A DNA stretch of 64,000 bases from Utricularia gibba (Eukaryota; Plantae; Magnoliophyta): positions 744,001-808,000 of the forward strand of contig CM007992.1 of NCBI GenBank assembly GCA_002189035.1, read 5' to 3'. A program made the position numbers and the translations under genes. A model generated the notes under the pieces. It was not told the origin of the DNA. It made no database searches and was given only the letters and a program-made list of their open reading frames with translations. Positions 1 to 12,265 of this stretch are shown here, piece after piece (within the stretch, counting starts at the first letter, position 1; each line of letters opens with the position of its first letter).

Positions 1-1341
1 TGAAGATCATCGTGTACGTGCTCATGATATCTTAGGGAGTGGCAGCAACACAAGGGTTGAGCGTAACCTGAATTCATTGCCTCAGTTCAATCAGAATCAC
101 TCTGATGGTGCTGGAATTAGCCAATGTGAAAGAAGGGTACCTGCTAGAGAACCTGTAGAAAGAAATGTTCGTTTTAGTAGAACATTAAGTGTTGGAAGGC
201 TTCGTGATAGAGTTCTCCGCCGAGGTACACCTTCTGGCTCAGAGTTTTCACATTTTGAACCAGCCAGAGAACTGAGGTTTAATAGCCGGGTTTCGGCGAG
301 ACGAGCCTTAGGTCTTGATGAAGAGGATGCACCAAGAGATACTCATGTCTTGGGCCTCCAGGTTTCCTCTGATAATCCCTCATCTAGTTCTCACCCTGTG
401 TATGGTGGCGAAACTACTGCTCAGGAAACAGCGCGAGCTAGAGCAAGAGAGGCCAGGTATGCTGATCTCCTGGAGCATAGATCACATTTCCTTGAACGGA
501 GAAGAAGAATAAGATCTCATGTATGCATATCCTTCCTTTCTCAATCCTTGTGTTGGTTCACGTTGGAAACTAGAATAGATTCTGAATAGACCTCTGCTCA
601 TCTTTAGGTGCGTGCACTTCAACGCCTGGGGAGCCGATTTGAGACCTTATCCAGCCATGAAAGGTCATGTATCTTATCTGGCCAGCACCGTGGAGGTCAG
701 TGTGATTGCCAAATAACTCCACAGCAAGCAAGCGTAAATGGTGATGGAAATGCAACAGCTAGTATATCACGAATCGTCATGCTAGCTGAGGCCCTCTTTG
801 AGGTAATGCAGTTCTCACCCGGCATCACTGGCTCTTTTCATACCATACTCAAGAACTACTATTACTAGGTTCTGGACGAGATTCATCAGCAATCAGTTGT
901 GCTGTCTTCCCGTCCTTCCCCCTCGTCAATCGGATCCATACCAGCTCCCAATGAAGTGGTTGACTCCCTCCCATTGAAGGCTTTCAGTAAACTGAAAAAG
1001 AAATCCACGGAAGACACTGCACAGTAAGTTAATATTACCTCTTTGTTCCTTCACTTCAATGAATGGCAAAAAACTGATCGGTTTTGTGAAATTGAATAGA
1101 TGTTACATATGCTTGGTTGAGTACGAGGAAGGAGACAGCATGAGAATATTACCTTGTCATCATGAGTTTCACAGAGCCTGCGTTGACAAATGGCTCAAAG
1201 AAATTCACAGGTTTGTCCTTCTGTCTTCCCAGAACGCATGTCACAGTCGCTCCTTTGTAAGTTTACACATCATGGTTCTGTTTCAGGGTATGCCCACTTT
1301 GCCGGGGAGACATCTGCCGGCAAGAACCATCATCAGCCTGA
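1..1341 (+). CDS. RING-H2 E3 ubiquitin ligase, 3' part (5' end lies outside the window)
   Basis: Spliced exons give [37 protein letters not shown]|[10 protein letters not shown] (C3H2C3 RING-H2), preceded by [14 protein letters not shown]|[12 protein letters not shown]. Canonical GT-AG introns; stop TGA at 1339-1341. Confidence 0.9.
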
Positions 1342-1709
1342 CATTGTTTTCGAGTATCTCAACTTCCCAGAAGGCGGCAGCCTTCCTTTGCATTCCTGCT
1401 GTTTCTTCCTTCTTCATGTGTAGGCCTCACGAGGAGAACATTTGAGAAAAAACGATGTTGAATTTGCTTCATCACATCCATTAAAGATGCTTCATTTGTT
1501 GGTGCGTGAAGCAGACTTGATCCATCTTCAGCAGATTGAAGGTTCAGAGAACTCACATTGTGATATTCTTCAGTTGACAGCGGCTATGGTTGAGGCTTAA
1601 ACTAAAAACGCAATTTTTGTTGTTTTTTTGTGCCGACGGTCATGGTCTCCCACGTTAGCAACCGCCTCGTACTTGAATTCTGGCGTCTCATTTCTCAGAG
1701 CATGCTTCG

Positions 1710-3637
1710 ATGGCGACCGTGAATTTCTCACGGCAACTGTTCGCGTTACCCAAAATGCAAGCGGGTTTCGTAAACACATCGTACTTCGCTCTCTCCCTCT
1801 ATGGCAATACTGGAAACTCCGTCCGCTCGCCGTCGCCGCGACTGAAAATCAACGGGTATGCTAGCGGTCGTGTTAGTAGCAGCTTTGAGAATCGACGGAA
1901 TGACGGTTTCATCAACGGGAAGGTGTACAAGAGGCTTGATTCTTGTCTGGTGATTCCACCAGCAAATGGTAAAAAGCCAAAAGCTTTGATTAAATTTCTG
2001 GGTGGTGCATTCGTTGGAGCCGTGCCGGAAGTAACATACGGGTAGATTATCTGATCTCACAAGTTCTTGTTCCTGGAGATGGATCGTTCATTTCTGGCTC
2101 TAATCTTGACAGTTACTTGCTTCGGTTGTTAGCAAATGAAGGGTTCTTGGTCATATCAGTGCCATATAACGTGACCTTCGACCACGAACGTGTTACTAGA
2201 GAGATATATGAAAGATTCTATGCCTGTCTAAGTTCCCTTTCGAGTAATGGGTTGGCTGAGAATGGGATTTCGGCTGGTGAGGTAGCTGATCTCCCATTTT
2301 TCTCCATTGGGCACAGGTGATGTGTGCTACAGAGTCAAAATATAAGCAACCCTTTCTTTGATTTGATGTAAAAAAAGGGATTTTTTACATGTATTTGCAG
2401 CAATGGGGCTCTTCTTCAAGTTTTGACAGGAAGCTATTTCTGTGAGAAGATTCCCAAGGTTGAGTAGCTTCTTTATTGTACTCTTTAGAATTCCCTTCCG
2501 TTTGATTAAAGATCAATCTCTGCATGCATGAAGGCCAGCGCCATCATATCATATAACAATAGACCAGCATCAGAGGCAGTCCCATACTTTGAGCAGGTAT
2601 CCTGCTGCTTTTATCTTTACACTGCTTTTGCACAAGTTTATTACTCAGCAGCATTATTGTTATGCAGTTGGGTCCTCTAGTCAGCCAAATGATGCCAGTT
2701 ATTGAGGCATCCCCAATGTATTCAATGGCACAAACTATTCCGGGTAAAACATTCTCTAATGCAAGTTCACCACTTTGTTCGTGAAGTTATCCTGTTGTTT
2801 GAGGGTATGTGATTTTTAATAGATTGGAAGACGCTGATAGATGCAGCAGAAGGATTTATTCCAGCTTATGATCCTGAGGTTGCTGTCTCTTTGACCAAAT
2901 TTGTTGATCAGTTGCCTTCAGTTTTTAATCAGGTACATTCTCTTAACCACTGACCTGTAAGTTCTATGTTTCCTATCCACAAGCTTTGGTTTCAGTATGT
3001 GGATTTTCATGCATGGCGTTGTATTGTTTTCAGGTTGCTCAAGGCATCTCTGAGTTTAAGCCTACGCCTGAAGAGAATCTCGAGTGTTTCAAGAAGCTAT
3101 ACAGCATCCAAAACTCACTCTTGGTTAGTTACTAAAGGCACAAACTTACCTTGTATTATCAGTTATATATGTATTCTCTCTTTGGCCATGTTGATGGATG
3201 AGGGTGCGTGGAAGACAAAAACTTGCAAAACTATGCCTTATCTTGAAATGACAATTGTATTCCAGGTAAAGTTCGATTTCGACACAATCGATGAAACTGA
3301 TCTGCTTGAAGAGACACTAAGGCCTCGTGTTGAATCTTTTGGTGGGAAACTTGAGAAGGCTGTCTTACGAGGCAGCCACATAACACCATGTATACAGGTG
3401 ATCTTACTACACATTTGCTTATTACAACTCTTCTGGCCTTCTCTGTATTGTTTTTGGCCTTCTCTGAATGAATTAGCTTGTATGGCATGACTGTGCCTTC
3501 AGGAACCAAATTGGCAAGTAGGGGCCGTGTACACTCCAGCTGATGCACTAGCTCAAGGGATTAAATCTATCTCCCTGAATGATATCAGAGTACTGTCCAG
3601 AACAATCTCTAACTGGTTCTTTAGCCTTGAATCCTGA
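1710..3637 (+). CDS. DUF1350 family alpha/beta-hydrolase-like protein, probably plastid-targeted (multi-exon)
   Basis: Motifs VYKRLDSCLVIPP..KKPKALIKFLGGAFVGAVPEVTY, EGFLVISVPYNVTFDH, FSIGHS, VKFDFDTIDETD and LRGSHITPCIQ across GT-AG introns. Ser/Arg-rich N-terminus; TGA at 3635-3637. Confidence 0.85.
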
Positions 3638-3922
3638 TTAATGGGTAAAAGTTGTGCAAAGAGGGATGGTGTCATTGTTCTTGTAAATGTTTATAGCATC
3701 TGTAGCTCCTTTCTTAAGCATACATGCTGCTGGCATTTTGAAATAGTTTGATGGAGATTGATCGAGTTTTCTATTACTTTTTAGACTAGATGGCGCCTGA
3801 GTAGCAAAAGGAAATACATATCTGGGAAATTACTTGACCTGCCAATTTCTAAAATTAGGCAGGAAAGATGGTAGCAGCACAAGCACCTCATACATAAACA
3901 CCTTGGACTATGCATCTAAAGG

Positions 3923-6358
3923 CTATTTTCCGATGCACCGGACTCGTCTCGGACTCGGTGGTTCATGAGTTGAGTCAGCATCAGGAGCATCTTCAGTGTT
4001 TTTAGCAGAAGTGCAAGCTTTTGAATCTGCATCATGTAGCTGGTGAATAAGGGAGTGCCTCACTCTGTCAAGCATGGGGCTATCTGATATTCCTGGGATT
4101 CTGGCTCCCACCAAATGAGACATGGCCACAGGGGAATTCGGATTGCTCAAAATGTCTTCCTGCAGAATGTCTCCGATCCGGGAAAGAATGCTGAAAGCCA
4201 GAGTGGCCAGGACTCGTGAGTAGGCTTCGAGAATCGAGTGCCCCACATCCTACATGTTTCAAGTAAAGAACACATATCAGCAATTCCTTTATTTGAAACG
4301 TGCTCATTACCTTTGCATATCTTGGTGCTCTTACCTTGCCGTATCGGATCTTCGTTGTGTTGATGAATGTCTGGGGAAGATTTGGATACTTCTGTTTGAT
4401 ATGCTTTGCAAGGATCTCAGCTTGGTTCAGCAATGACTCTGTCTTGTCCATCTCAGTCATCGGATCTGTCACAAATGACCATGATGCTCTCGCCGGAGAC
4501 TTGGCATTCATCACACCTTCGCCAGAAATTCTTCTTTCCCATGCAGATATAACTGCTTCAAGCTTGTTAGTGATCTCCAGTGCTTGGTGTTCAGATTTCA
4601 GGTTCAGCCGGTTGATCATTTCTTCGGCTGAGAGAGACTTTTCAGACAGCACCCGGTAGAGCTCTTCCCCAAGACCCGTCTTCCCGGACTGAAAACAAGA
4701 GAACAGAAATGAGGAACGAAGATCACCCAGTAGAGGCTTACCATTACTGAAAATCAGGTTTACTTTAGGAAGAGCATCCTTGATCGTGGGTGGAATTGGC
4801 ATCTCTAGCAACACGTTTTCGTTTATCAGTTTGGCAGCTTTGAAAACTTGGTAGATCAGTCTTCCCTGATGGAGCAGCCTCTTCCTCTCGGTGTCGGAGA
4901 GCCCGGCATGGGGACCTGTGGAGATGGAAGCCACCATCTCCGGCTTCTTCCTTCTGCTCGGCTTCCCATCTCGTCGTACCAGAATTCCGTGTCCACCATC
5001 GAATCAAGAACATCCTGTAGAAAAACCAGGTAGGCACTTGAGCTTTTCATCGGAAGTTAAGAGGTGTTACCAAGTCTGAGGTAAGAGCACATACAAGAAG
5101 CATGGAATCCAGTTTCTTTAGAGCAGGGAGATTCATTTGGATATCTGATCGACTCCTGGGCCTCATTATCTGCACAGGATTGGATTATGAACTGAGATTC
5201 AACAGCATTTGCTACTTAGTGATAGTGGATACCTCTAGCATCATCCCTCCATCTCTGCAACTCTGTTTAGCAGGAACCAATTCAACCATGTAGTTTGCAG
5301 GGGAGAGAAGCCATTCCATCTCAAGTCTCCACTTGCTTTTCTTTTCTTCTGACAACGGCTCCAGCTTCCACAGTTCACCAAACACAGTGGCTGCAACGTT
5401 TAAGATCGCATTGGACAGAGCTAATGCAGTGGAGACCCCCTTGGATCCGCCAGTGGCATCCTCCCCCAGCAGCAGCTTAGCAAAAGTTTCCTTCATCGTC
5501 TCAGCATCTGAAATGGGATGATGCTCACTTCCACACTCCTCATCCTTCTTCATTGCAACAGTGCAGAGCGAGGAAAACGACCCGAATGCGCAAGTGCTGG
5601 ACGAGCAACTTGAATCGTCGCCATCAAATGAGTCCGTGGCACAGCCATCTCCCCTGCTGGTTCCGCTCTCATCGTCTAAGGAGCGGCTGTTGAGAATGCA
5701 GCTTTCTAATCCATTGTAAGTTGTTATCCCTGAAGCATTTCAAGTCAGTACAACGCTGCAGAATGCAAAAGTACGCAGTCTGGAGACTCAGACAGCAAAA
5801 AATATTCATATTCTGAAGAAAAAAACAGGACCACCAGTAATGCATCATGCAGTAGCTTATAACTGTGATAGAGTCCATCACTACAACAAGGTTAAAAAAA
5901 AAAGAACAAAAAAGCACGATGGAAGAAGACACTACAAGGAGATGCTACCCTACATGCAGATGGCGTAGTCACCATCCACGACATCTACCTTACAAACAAC
6001 TTCGTAAATTAATTAGATTCATGTCAGAAATCCACCCACCGCAGGGCGAAGTAAATTCCTCGGTACATTTGAACCAAACCCCATAAATTCGAAATTTATA
6101 GAAAATCACATCCAACGATTAAGGGAGAGCCGACAAGACTGTTTACTGTAAAGCAAATAAATGGGCATGGACCATTTCAAAAGACCGCATTTTGGACCCC
6201 TCCCCCCTCGTAAAAAGGGATCTTTGGGAGGTCAGCCTATCGATTTGCTATTACTTTCATCAGGTTTATAGGGACTCACTCTCTTGTTGATCCAAATCAA
6301 CACTGAAGTGTCGCGTGTCCCAGGAGCAGCACGCGAATCTCCTCTTTATTATCGGCAT
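3923..6358 (-). CDS. ROPGEF14: Rop guanine nucleotide exchange factor (PRONE domain), RopGEF14-like; apparent 1-bp frameshift at 4910-4913
   Basis: Exon 1 [26 protein letters not shown] (6358-6280), exon 2 [13 protein letters not shown], then [60 protein letters not shown] and [27 protein letters not shown]. Confidence 0.9.
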
Positions 6359-8359
6359 TTCGAGGCGAAATGTGGATCAGGTGCCTGAATTAAATACGTA
6401 AGAAGAGTAGATGCTAGAGTGAGAAACAGTGGATGAGATCTGGGTGACTGGTGATACAAAGATGAATGCAATACAAGTATGTACAAAAAGTCACAGAAAA
6501 CGAAGGAAAAAAATGGAAAAAGCAGAAACTACTGTGACAAAGCTTTGACTAGAAGGAACCAGAAAGGTAAGAGTAAAGCTTCTAATACGTCAGCTTGTAC
6601 AGAAGCAGTTGCCAGACGGTTCCGGGGCCAATTTTTTTGTTATCAGTCTACTAATCTGTTCATGTTTACCCAAGTAATGAGCTGCTTATGAGAAACTAAG
6701 AGCCAGCCATCGAAGCTTGACTGAAACATCCATCATTCTTTCACCATAGAGAGAGAGGGAAGAAAACTTGAAACTTTGGCCAAAATACTGGGATTTCACC
6801 TCGAAAAAAAAAATGAGGATGAAGAACAAGAAGCAACAGAGAGCAAAAAGGAGAACTTACTCATTCGCTGGTTTGAAACAACAGATAAATGCGAGCCTAC
6901 AGCAAGAAGCGCGCCGCCCTCCGCAGCTAAGTTCTTACAAGCGGCTGAAAAGAAGAGAGAACGCAAACCAGAGGGGATGGGACGCAGAGGAGGGAAATGG
7001 TGAAAAGCGGAAAGGAAAGCAAGATAATTAATGGGGTCAAGTTTGAGAGGCAAGAATAAAATGGATAACTGCAAATGTGGGCAGTGGAGGATTGAATTAT
7101 AAGCGAGAATGCATTTATGGCTGTGAATCAACAACCACATCACACTTACAGCGAGTGTTGAATGAGTGAGAAGGAAGGTGGGGAACCAAACATCTGTCCC
7201 GAACAAACGAAGGATGCGTACCTGTGGAGGTGGAACTCATGTGCTTTCCATTACACCTCAAAACTCTGGAACCTGGTGACATTGTATGTAGCTCCCCAGG
7301 TTGTACAGAACTACAGCACCACCTGCCTAGTTGATAACTCAGTCATAAGAGGAATTAGATACTGATCGTTTTTTTATTAGAACAGTCTAAGAGATCATAG
7401 ACTATATCCATTACCGTGGACCCCTTGCAACCCATGTGATACAAATCAGAGAGATATTACAAAATCCTCCTACACAACGTGGTCTCTGGAAAAACTTGAC
7501 AATGAGTCAATTATTGGAGGATGACACCTAAAGTCAAAAAAAAGGGGTGGAATATTGAGGTCCCGGGAATTGTGACTCGACGACCTTACCATAACCGGCC
7601 AATGCTCTTACATTTTTTATCTCTTCACGCAACCCTAATGAAAATCATTAATTTATCCGCATCTGAAGATGATAGTAGATTTTTTTACTTGTTTTTTTAA
7701 AGGTAAATTCCAAAAAAGATAAATAAAAATTACTTAGAAATTTTAAATTCTGTTTTTGATAATTCAATATAAAAGACAAGATAAGCATGCCATATCAGAA
7801 AACTTTGGTTTTCTACTAGGGAATTAAACGCTAGTTTTCTATCGGGTTCAAGTAGAAGCTTGGGGTATCATGTAAATGAAAACCCAACCGAACGGGCAAC
7901 TGGTACCTTCCCGAATTCCCGTCAATGTATTTGCATCCTCGTCCCATTGAGATGTGCAAGCCCCAGTCTACAGGCGAAGAAGCTCCATAAGAGAAGCAAA
8001 AGCTTTAATTACTCTCGCGCTAACCACTAAAGATGCCGCGGAAGGCTACTGCTCGATTCCAGCGATAGAAATTGATGAAACAAGTTCCTAGAGATTCGAT
8101 TGATACTGGAGACGGAGCATTGAATCCAAACAGCGCGCATTCGTTTTTCAGGAAAGGATCCAAATCTGCACTCGAAATTGATGCTTCCGGAAAAGAAAGT
8201 AAAAGAGGCATAATTCTTCCAAGAACAGGCACACGATACACCACTTGCGCAACTCAGGCATCGAATCGAAGATCCAAGTGGTTATTCGAGATATTAAACA
8301 GTAAAAGACCGATTCAATTGAAGATCCGCGTTACCTGAAACCCGATTAATCCGCAAACT

Positions 8360-8533
8360 CACCGCGGTATCGGATTCAGTTGATGCAAGGCGGGAACTCG
8401 TCACAGAACTAGGCGTTGTTCGTTGAAAGACAGAATCGTAAAGCATAACCATAATAATCTTAACTCGATTCGAATCAACACCGTCTCCGGAATCTGTTCC
8501 CGACCTGCACCAAGCGAATCAGAAACCGCCGCG
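8360..8533 (-). ncRNA. MIR168: MIR168 precursor hairpin
   Basis: Minus strand 8517-8497 reads TCGCTTGGTGCAGGTCGGGAA (the conserved mature miR168). Minus strand 8394-8374 reads CCCGCCTTGCATCAACTGAAT (miR168-3p). The flanking lower stem pairs (CGCGGCGGTTTCTGA with TCCGATACCGCG). Confidence 0.97.
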
Positions 8534-8677
8534 AAGCATCACCGCCGTCATCGGAGATGTGAACAACAAAAAAAGGAAAGAGGAGAATCGAGGAAGGCAA
8601 GCTTATCAGAAAGACTCGAGAAGCGTCGACGCGGACCAGAGAGAACGACGAGGGAAGGAGAGAAGCGTGAGGGTACT

Positions 8678-8839
8678 TATTTATACGCACAACCAACGCT
8701 ACAGATTAGGCCACGTAGTTGCATCAGACAACGCGGCACGCGGTGATGGATTCAACCCTGCACTTGCCCTTAATCACGAGGGGCGCCATTGCAAAGTTTT
8801 GAAATTTCTGGTGTCAGTTTTTAAAATCGGCGCCACGTG
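8678..8839 (-). promoter_or_regulatory. MIR168 Pol II promoter: TATA box plus ABRE/G-box elements
   Basis: TATAAATA on the minus strand at 8685-8678, followed by a pyrimidine-rich leader. ACGTGG core at 8711-8716 and CACGTG at 8834-8839. Confidence 0.7.
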
Positions 8840-10270
8840 CGCGTCATAAATATGAAAATCAAATAATTTTAAATAAATCATTTTAAATTCCACATACTGA
8901 AAATAGAGATTAATTAAACAATTTATTCTGATTTCCAAATAAAATGTTTTCTTAATTATATTCTAATTAACTTTAACATATTAGATACCCACTTTTATAA
9001 ATGAGGCATACATGTCCTGTGACATGAAATGAATGAAGCCCATGATGTCCATTTCTCAGGATTCATACAAATACATTGTCACAAAACTTTCCTTAATTAT
9101 CATCATCAATGAACCTAATTAAAATTTATGAAAAATATCAAATTATTAAATAATTCAAAATAACTATTCAAATATGATAATTAATAATAATATTAATTAA
9201 ATTTTTCAGAAAAATAAAGTGTGGATTAAGATTTGACCTAACCCCAATCTGGTCATTATCCTCGGTGAGCTAACCACTTCATCATCTAAGGAGTACTATT
9301 ATTTTTATAACAGATTCAATAGGATTTAATATTTTTTAATTATATATTAAAATATAGAAATATATTACAGTTACAGAAAGTTTTTTTGTGTGTTTTGGAA
9401 GAGATGCAACATGACTACGGAACAAAAATGGAGAGAAATTTTGAAATATTATCATTCATGGCGTAATTATTATCCGTGGGGCCCGCAAGGGAACTAAAGC
9501 TGATGTCACGCGTGGTCCAGAATATACTGCGAATAAAAAGGAGGCTACAGCTAAGATTTTGAAATTTAATTTTTTTTCTTTTTAATTTTCAAATTTAATG
9601 TGTGAACATATATATTGTAATGCATATATTTTTAAATTATTCATGAATTTAATCATAATGTTTTGACTTCCATGAAAATCTAATTGAAATACTGAAGGGC
9701 GACGCCCAGAGGTTACTGGGCTCCGTGGCCGGGAGTATTGGGTTGCATTGAAGGCCCAGCAGAGAAAGGTACGTTTCTTGCTGCAATCGGAGACGAAGAT
9801 GGTCTTCCGGATGCCCGGAAAGTGTACGAATATGCTCCGTGTTATGATCAAGATTCAGTCCTGTGGCGAAAGTTGTCTTCATGGAACTCAACTTACTCAC
9901 CCTTCTCTTGCTCTCTGGCGTTTCATCTGAGAATACATTTGTGGATCGATATTCAGGGCGAACACCGTGGGGTTCACACGTAGGATGGGGATTTCAGAAA
10001 CCGCATCCGCAGTGCAGTGGCGTGCAAAGAAAGTACTTACAAGCGTCTTGTTGCTTATTATTATCATGATTATTTGCTTTCTCTCCATTTTGTGGAATCC
10101 AAGAGGCCAGTGCCAATTGGTGCAACCAGAACCACACACAGTGGATTTTTCTCTTGAGGGGATGAACCTGGGTAGTCAACCAGGTTGTGAAGAAAAGAAA
10201 AAATAGGCCTATGGATGACGTGACCTCAGCTTGATCTGGAAAGAAACTACACCATCCAGTCTCCACAACT

Positions 10271-11313
10271 ATGCTCTCCACCCCCACCGTGGCCTTATCC
10301 AGGAACCCTTCTGCGATATCGCCGTTATTTGTCAGTGAAGTCGGAAACTCGAGCCTTAATCTGAAATGGAGTGGTTTTATTCAGTTTCCCCTTCGCCCCT
10401 CCAGAAAGCCTCTAAGGAAGATGGCTTTTTCTTCCCTTGCAGTTGCATCAGATGTTAACACTAGCTTAGACAGTGATCCCTCCGTTGAACTTGACAAATT
10501 GGAGAAGTTGGAAGTCACCGTGGAGAAGGTATATCTTTAAATCCCAACACCTCTCTGCTCAAGAGGGTGCTTTGAAGTCTGTTTCCTGTGGTTGCAGGTT
10601 ATCTATGGATGCCGATTCTTCGCCATTCTCGCTGTGTGGGGATCACTGGTGGGCTCTTTCCTCTGTTTCTTCAAGGTGGACAATATGAACATAAAGAGCT
10701 TCATGAGTTTTGGTGTAGTAAACCATCTCACTCGATTTATATCCTCTTGAAGGGCTGTGTGTATGTTGTAACATCATTCCAAGAATACTTCGTTGATCGA
10801 GGGAAGGTGATCGCCACGCTAGTGGAAGCCACTGGTAAGCCTGCTTAAATCTCAAAAGAATGAACCAGAACTCCATCTGCCTAACACTATGTATTTCCCA
10901 GATGTGTATCTGCTGGGAACTGTGATGCTAGTCTTTGGGATGGGGCTTTACGAGCTCTTCATCAGCAATCTTGACAAAGCAAAGTCCATGTCTGATGGAA
11001 CCAGATCGAATTTGTACGGTCTATTCGCTCTGAAGGTTGTTTGACATTGCTTTCTTTTCTTCACCTTGCACCGGCTCTTTGGTGCTGAGCTCTGGTTTGT
11101 GTACTGCAGGAAAGACCAAGATGGCTCGAAGTGAAGAGCGTGAATGAGCTGAAAACCAAGCTTGGCCATGTCATAGTCATGCTTCTGCTCATCGGGCTGT
11201 TCGATAAGAGCAAACGGGCGTCCATAACTTCTCCGGCCGATCTCCTCTGCTTCTCCGCCTCCATCCTTCTCTCCGCCGGCTGTCTCTTCCTGCTCTCCAA
11301 GCTCAATGACTGA
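10271..11313 (+). CDS. UPF0114 (YqhA-like) membrane protein with transit-peptide-like N-terminus
   Basis: Exons give LEVTVEK|VIYGCRFFAILAVWGSLVGSFLCFFK|GCVYVV..LVEAT|DVYLLGTVMLVFGMGLYELFISNL and ERPRWLEVKSVNELKTKLGHVIVMLLLIGLFDKSK. Confidence 0.88.
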
Positions 11314-12074
11314 ACTGAAAATCAGGATGAAGAGCTTGATCCATTGTGTATAAATAATACATTGTATACTGTGAATGACAAGAGGTGCTTTTCCCATCCA
11401 TAGTGGAAATACCAATGATCTGTTTGATAGTATAATATAGAAGATTTATATTTAAATTTATATATATCGATGTTTGATTAATTAACTTATGTATATAAGT
11501 TATGTATAATTATACAATTCATATATTAATTTTTTCAATATATGAATAATATATATAAATGTAGAAAAATAATTTAATTATATTTATACTACACATATAT
11601 TAATATTTATATTCTTGAATATCAATTTTTATATATAATTAAGTATATACACATCTAATTATATTATGATTAAGCACATTAACATTTTACCATCAAATGA
11701 TTTGTAAAAAGAATGATTTAAATAGTAATTTAATTATAATTAAATTGTGATTTATTTTTTATTTTAAAATAATTTAAATTTAATTCAACCTTTATCAATA
11801 AGTATTCATTATTTAAAAAGATTCAAACATAAATATGGATCTATGATGCATAAATGTAGATTTATGAATATTGGGGATACATGGATGAATGATAATTTTT
11901 AAAACATTTATTACATATGCCCTTTGGACTTTGGCACATCTCTAATTCTCACCTAACCTTCTGTGTCAGTCAATGGAAGAAGCTAAATTTTGGAGAAATG
12001 AGGGGTCAGATTCGAAATAACTGACTTTTAATTAATGTATGTACATCTCGCAGCAATAGTTGTACAATCTGAAT

Positions 12075-12089
12075 CACGTGAGCCACGTG
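12075..12089. promoter_or_regulatory. Tandem G-boxes upstream of AP-4 epsilon
   Basis: CACGTG at 12075-12080 and 12084-12089, about 180 bp before the ATG. Confidence 0.5.
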
Positions 12090-12265
12090 CTAGCACGCAG
12101 CACGATTTCCAGAGAGATGGATCATGAAATTTATCGATTTCCTTGATGTTGGTTCTCTTGTACAAGGTTTAAGAGAAGATCTGTTGGATCGATCGGGAGG
12201 ATTGAGGACTGGGATTTTCCTGGTTTGGCTAAAGGAAGGATCTTGGATTTTCGGCTGATTCCAAG

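Noticed and set aside
2597-2668. GTATCCTG donor in DUF1350 resembling a U12 5' splice site
   Set aside because: Mismatch at +8 and no TCCTTAAC-type branch point near the acceptor; treated as U2.
8020-8849. ORF-track ORFs around 8.0-8.8 kb
   Set aside because: Explained by the MIR168 hairpin, leader and promoter; none resembles a protein family.
10100-10145. CLE-like string SKRPVPIGA in the cryptic frame
   Set aside because: It lacks the GP(N/D)PxH(N) end and has no in-frame signal peptide or ATG.
11419-11831. Tourist-like ends (CTGTTTGAT...TTCAAACAT) around an AT-rich spacer
   Set aside because: Short imperfect match in very AT-rich DNA; cannot be supported without copy-number data.
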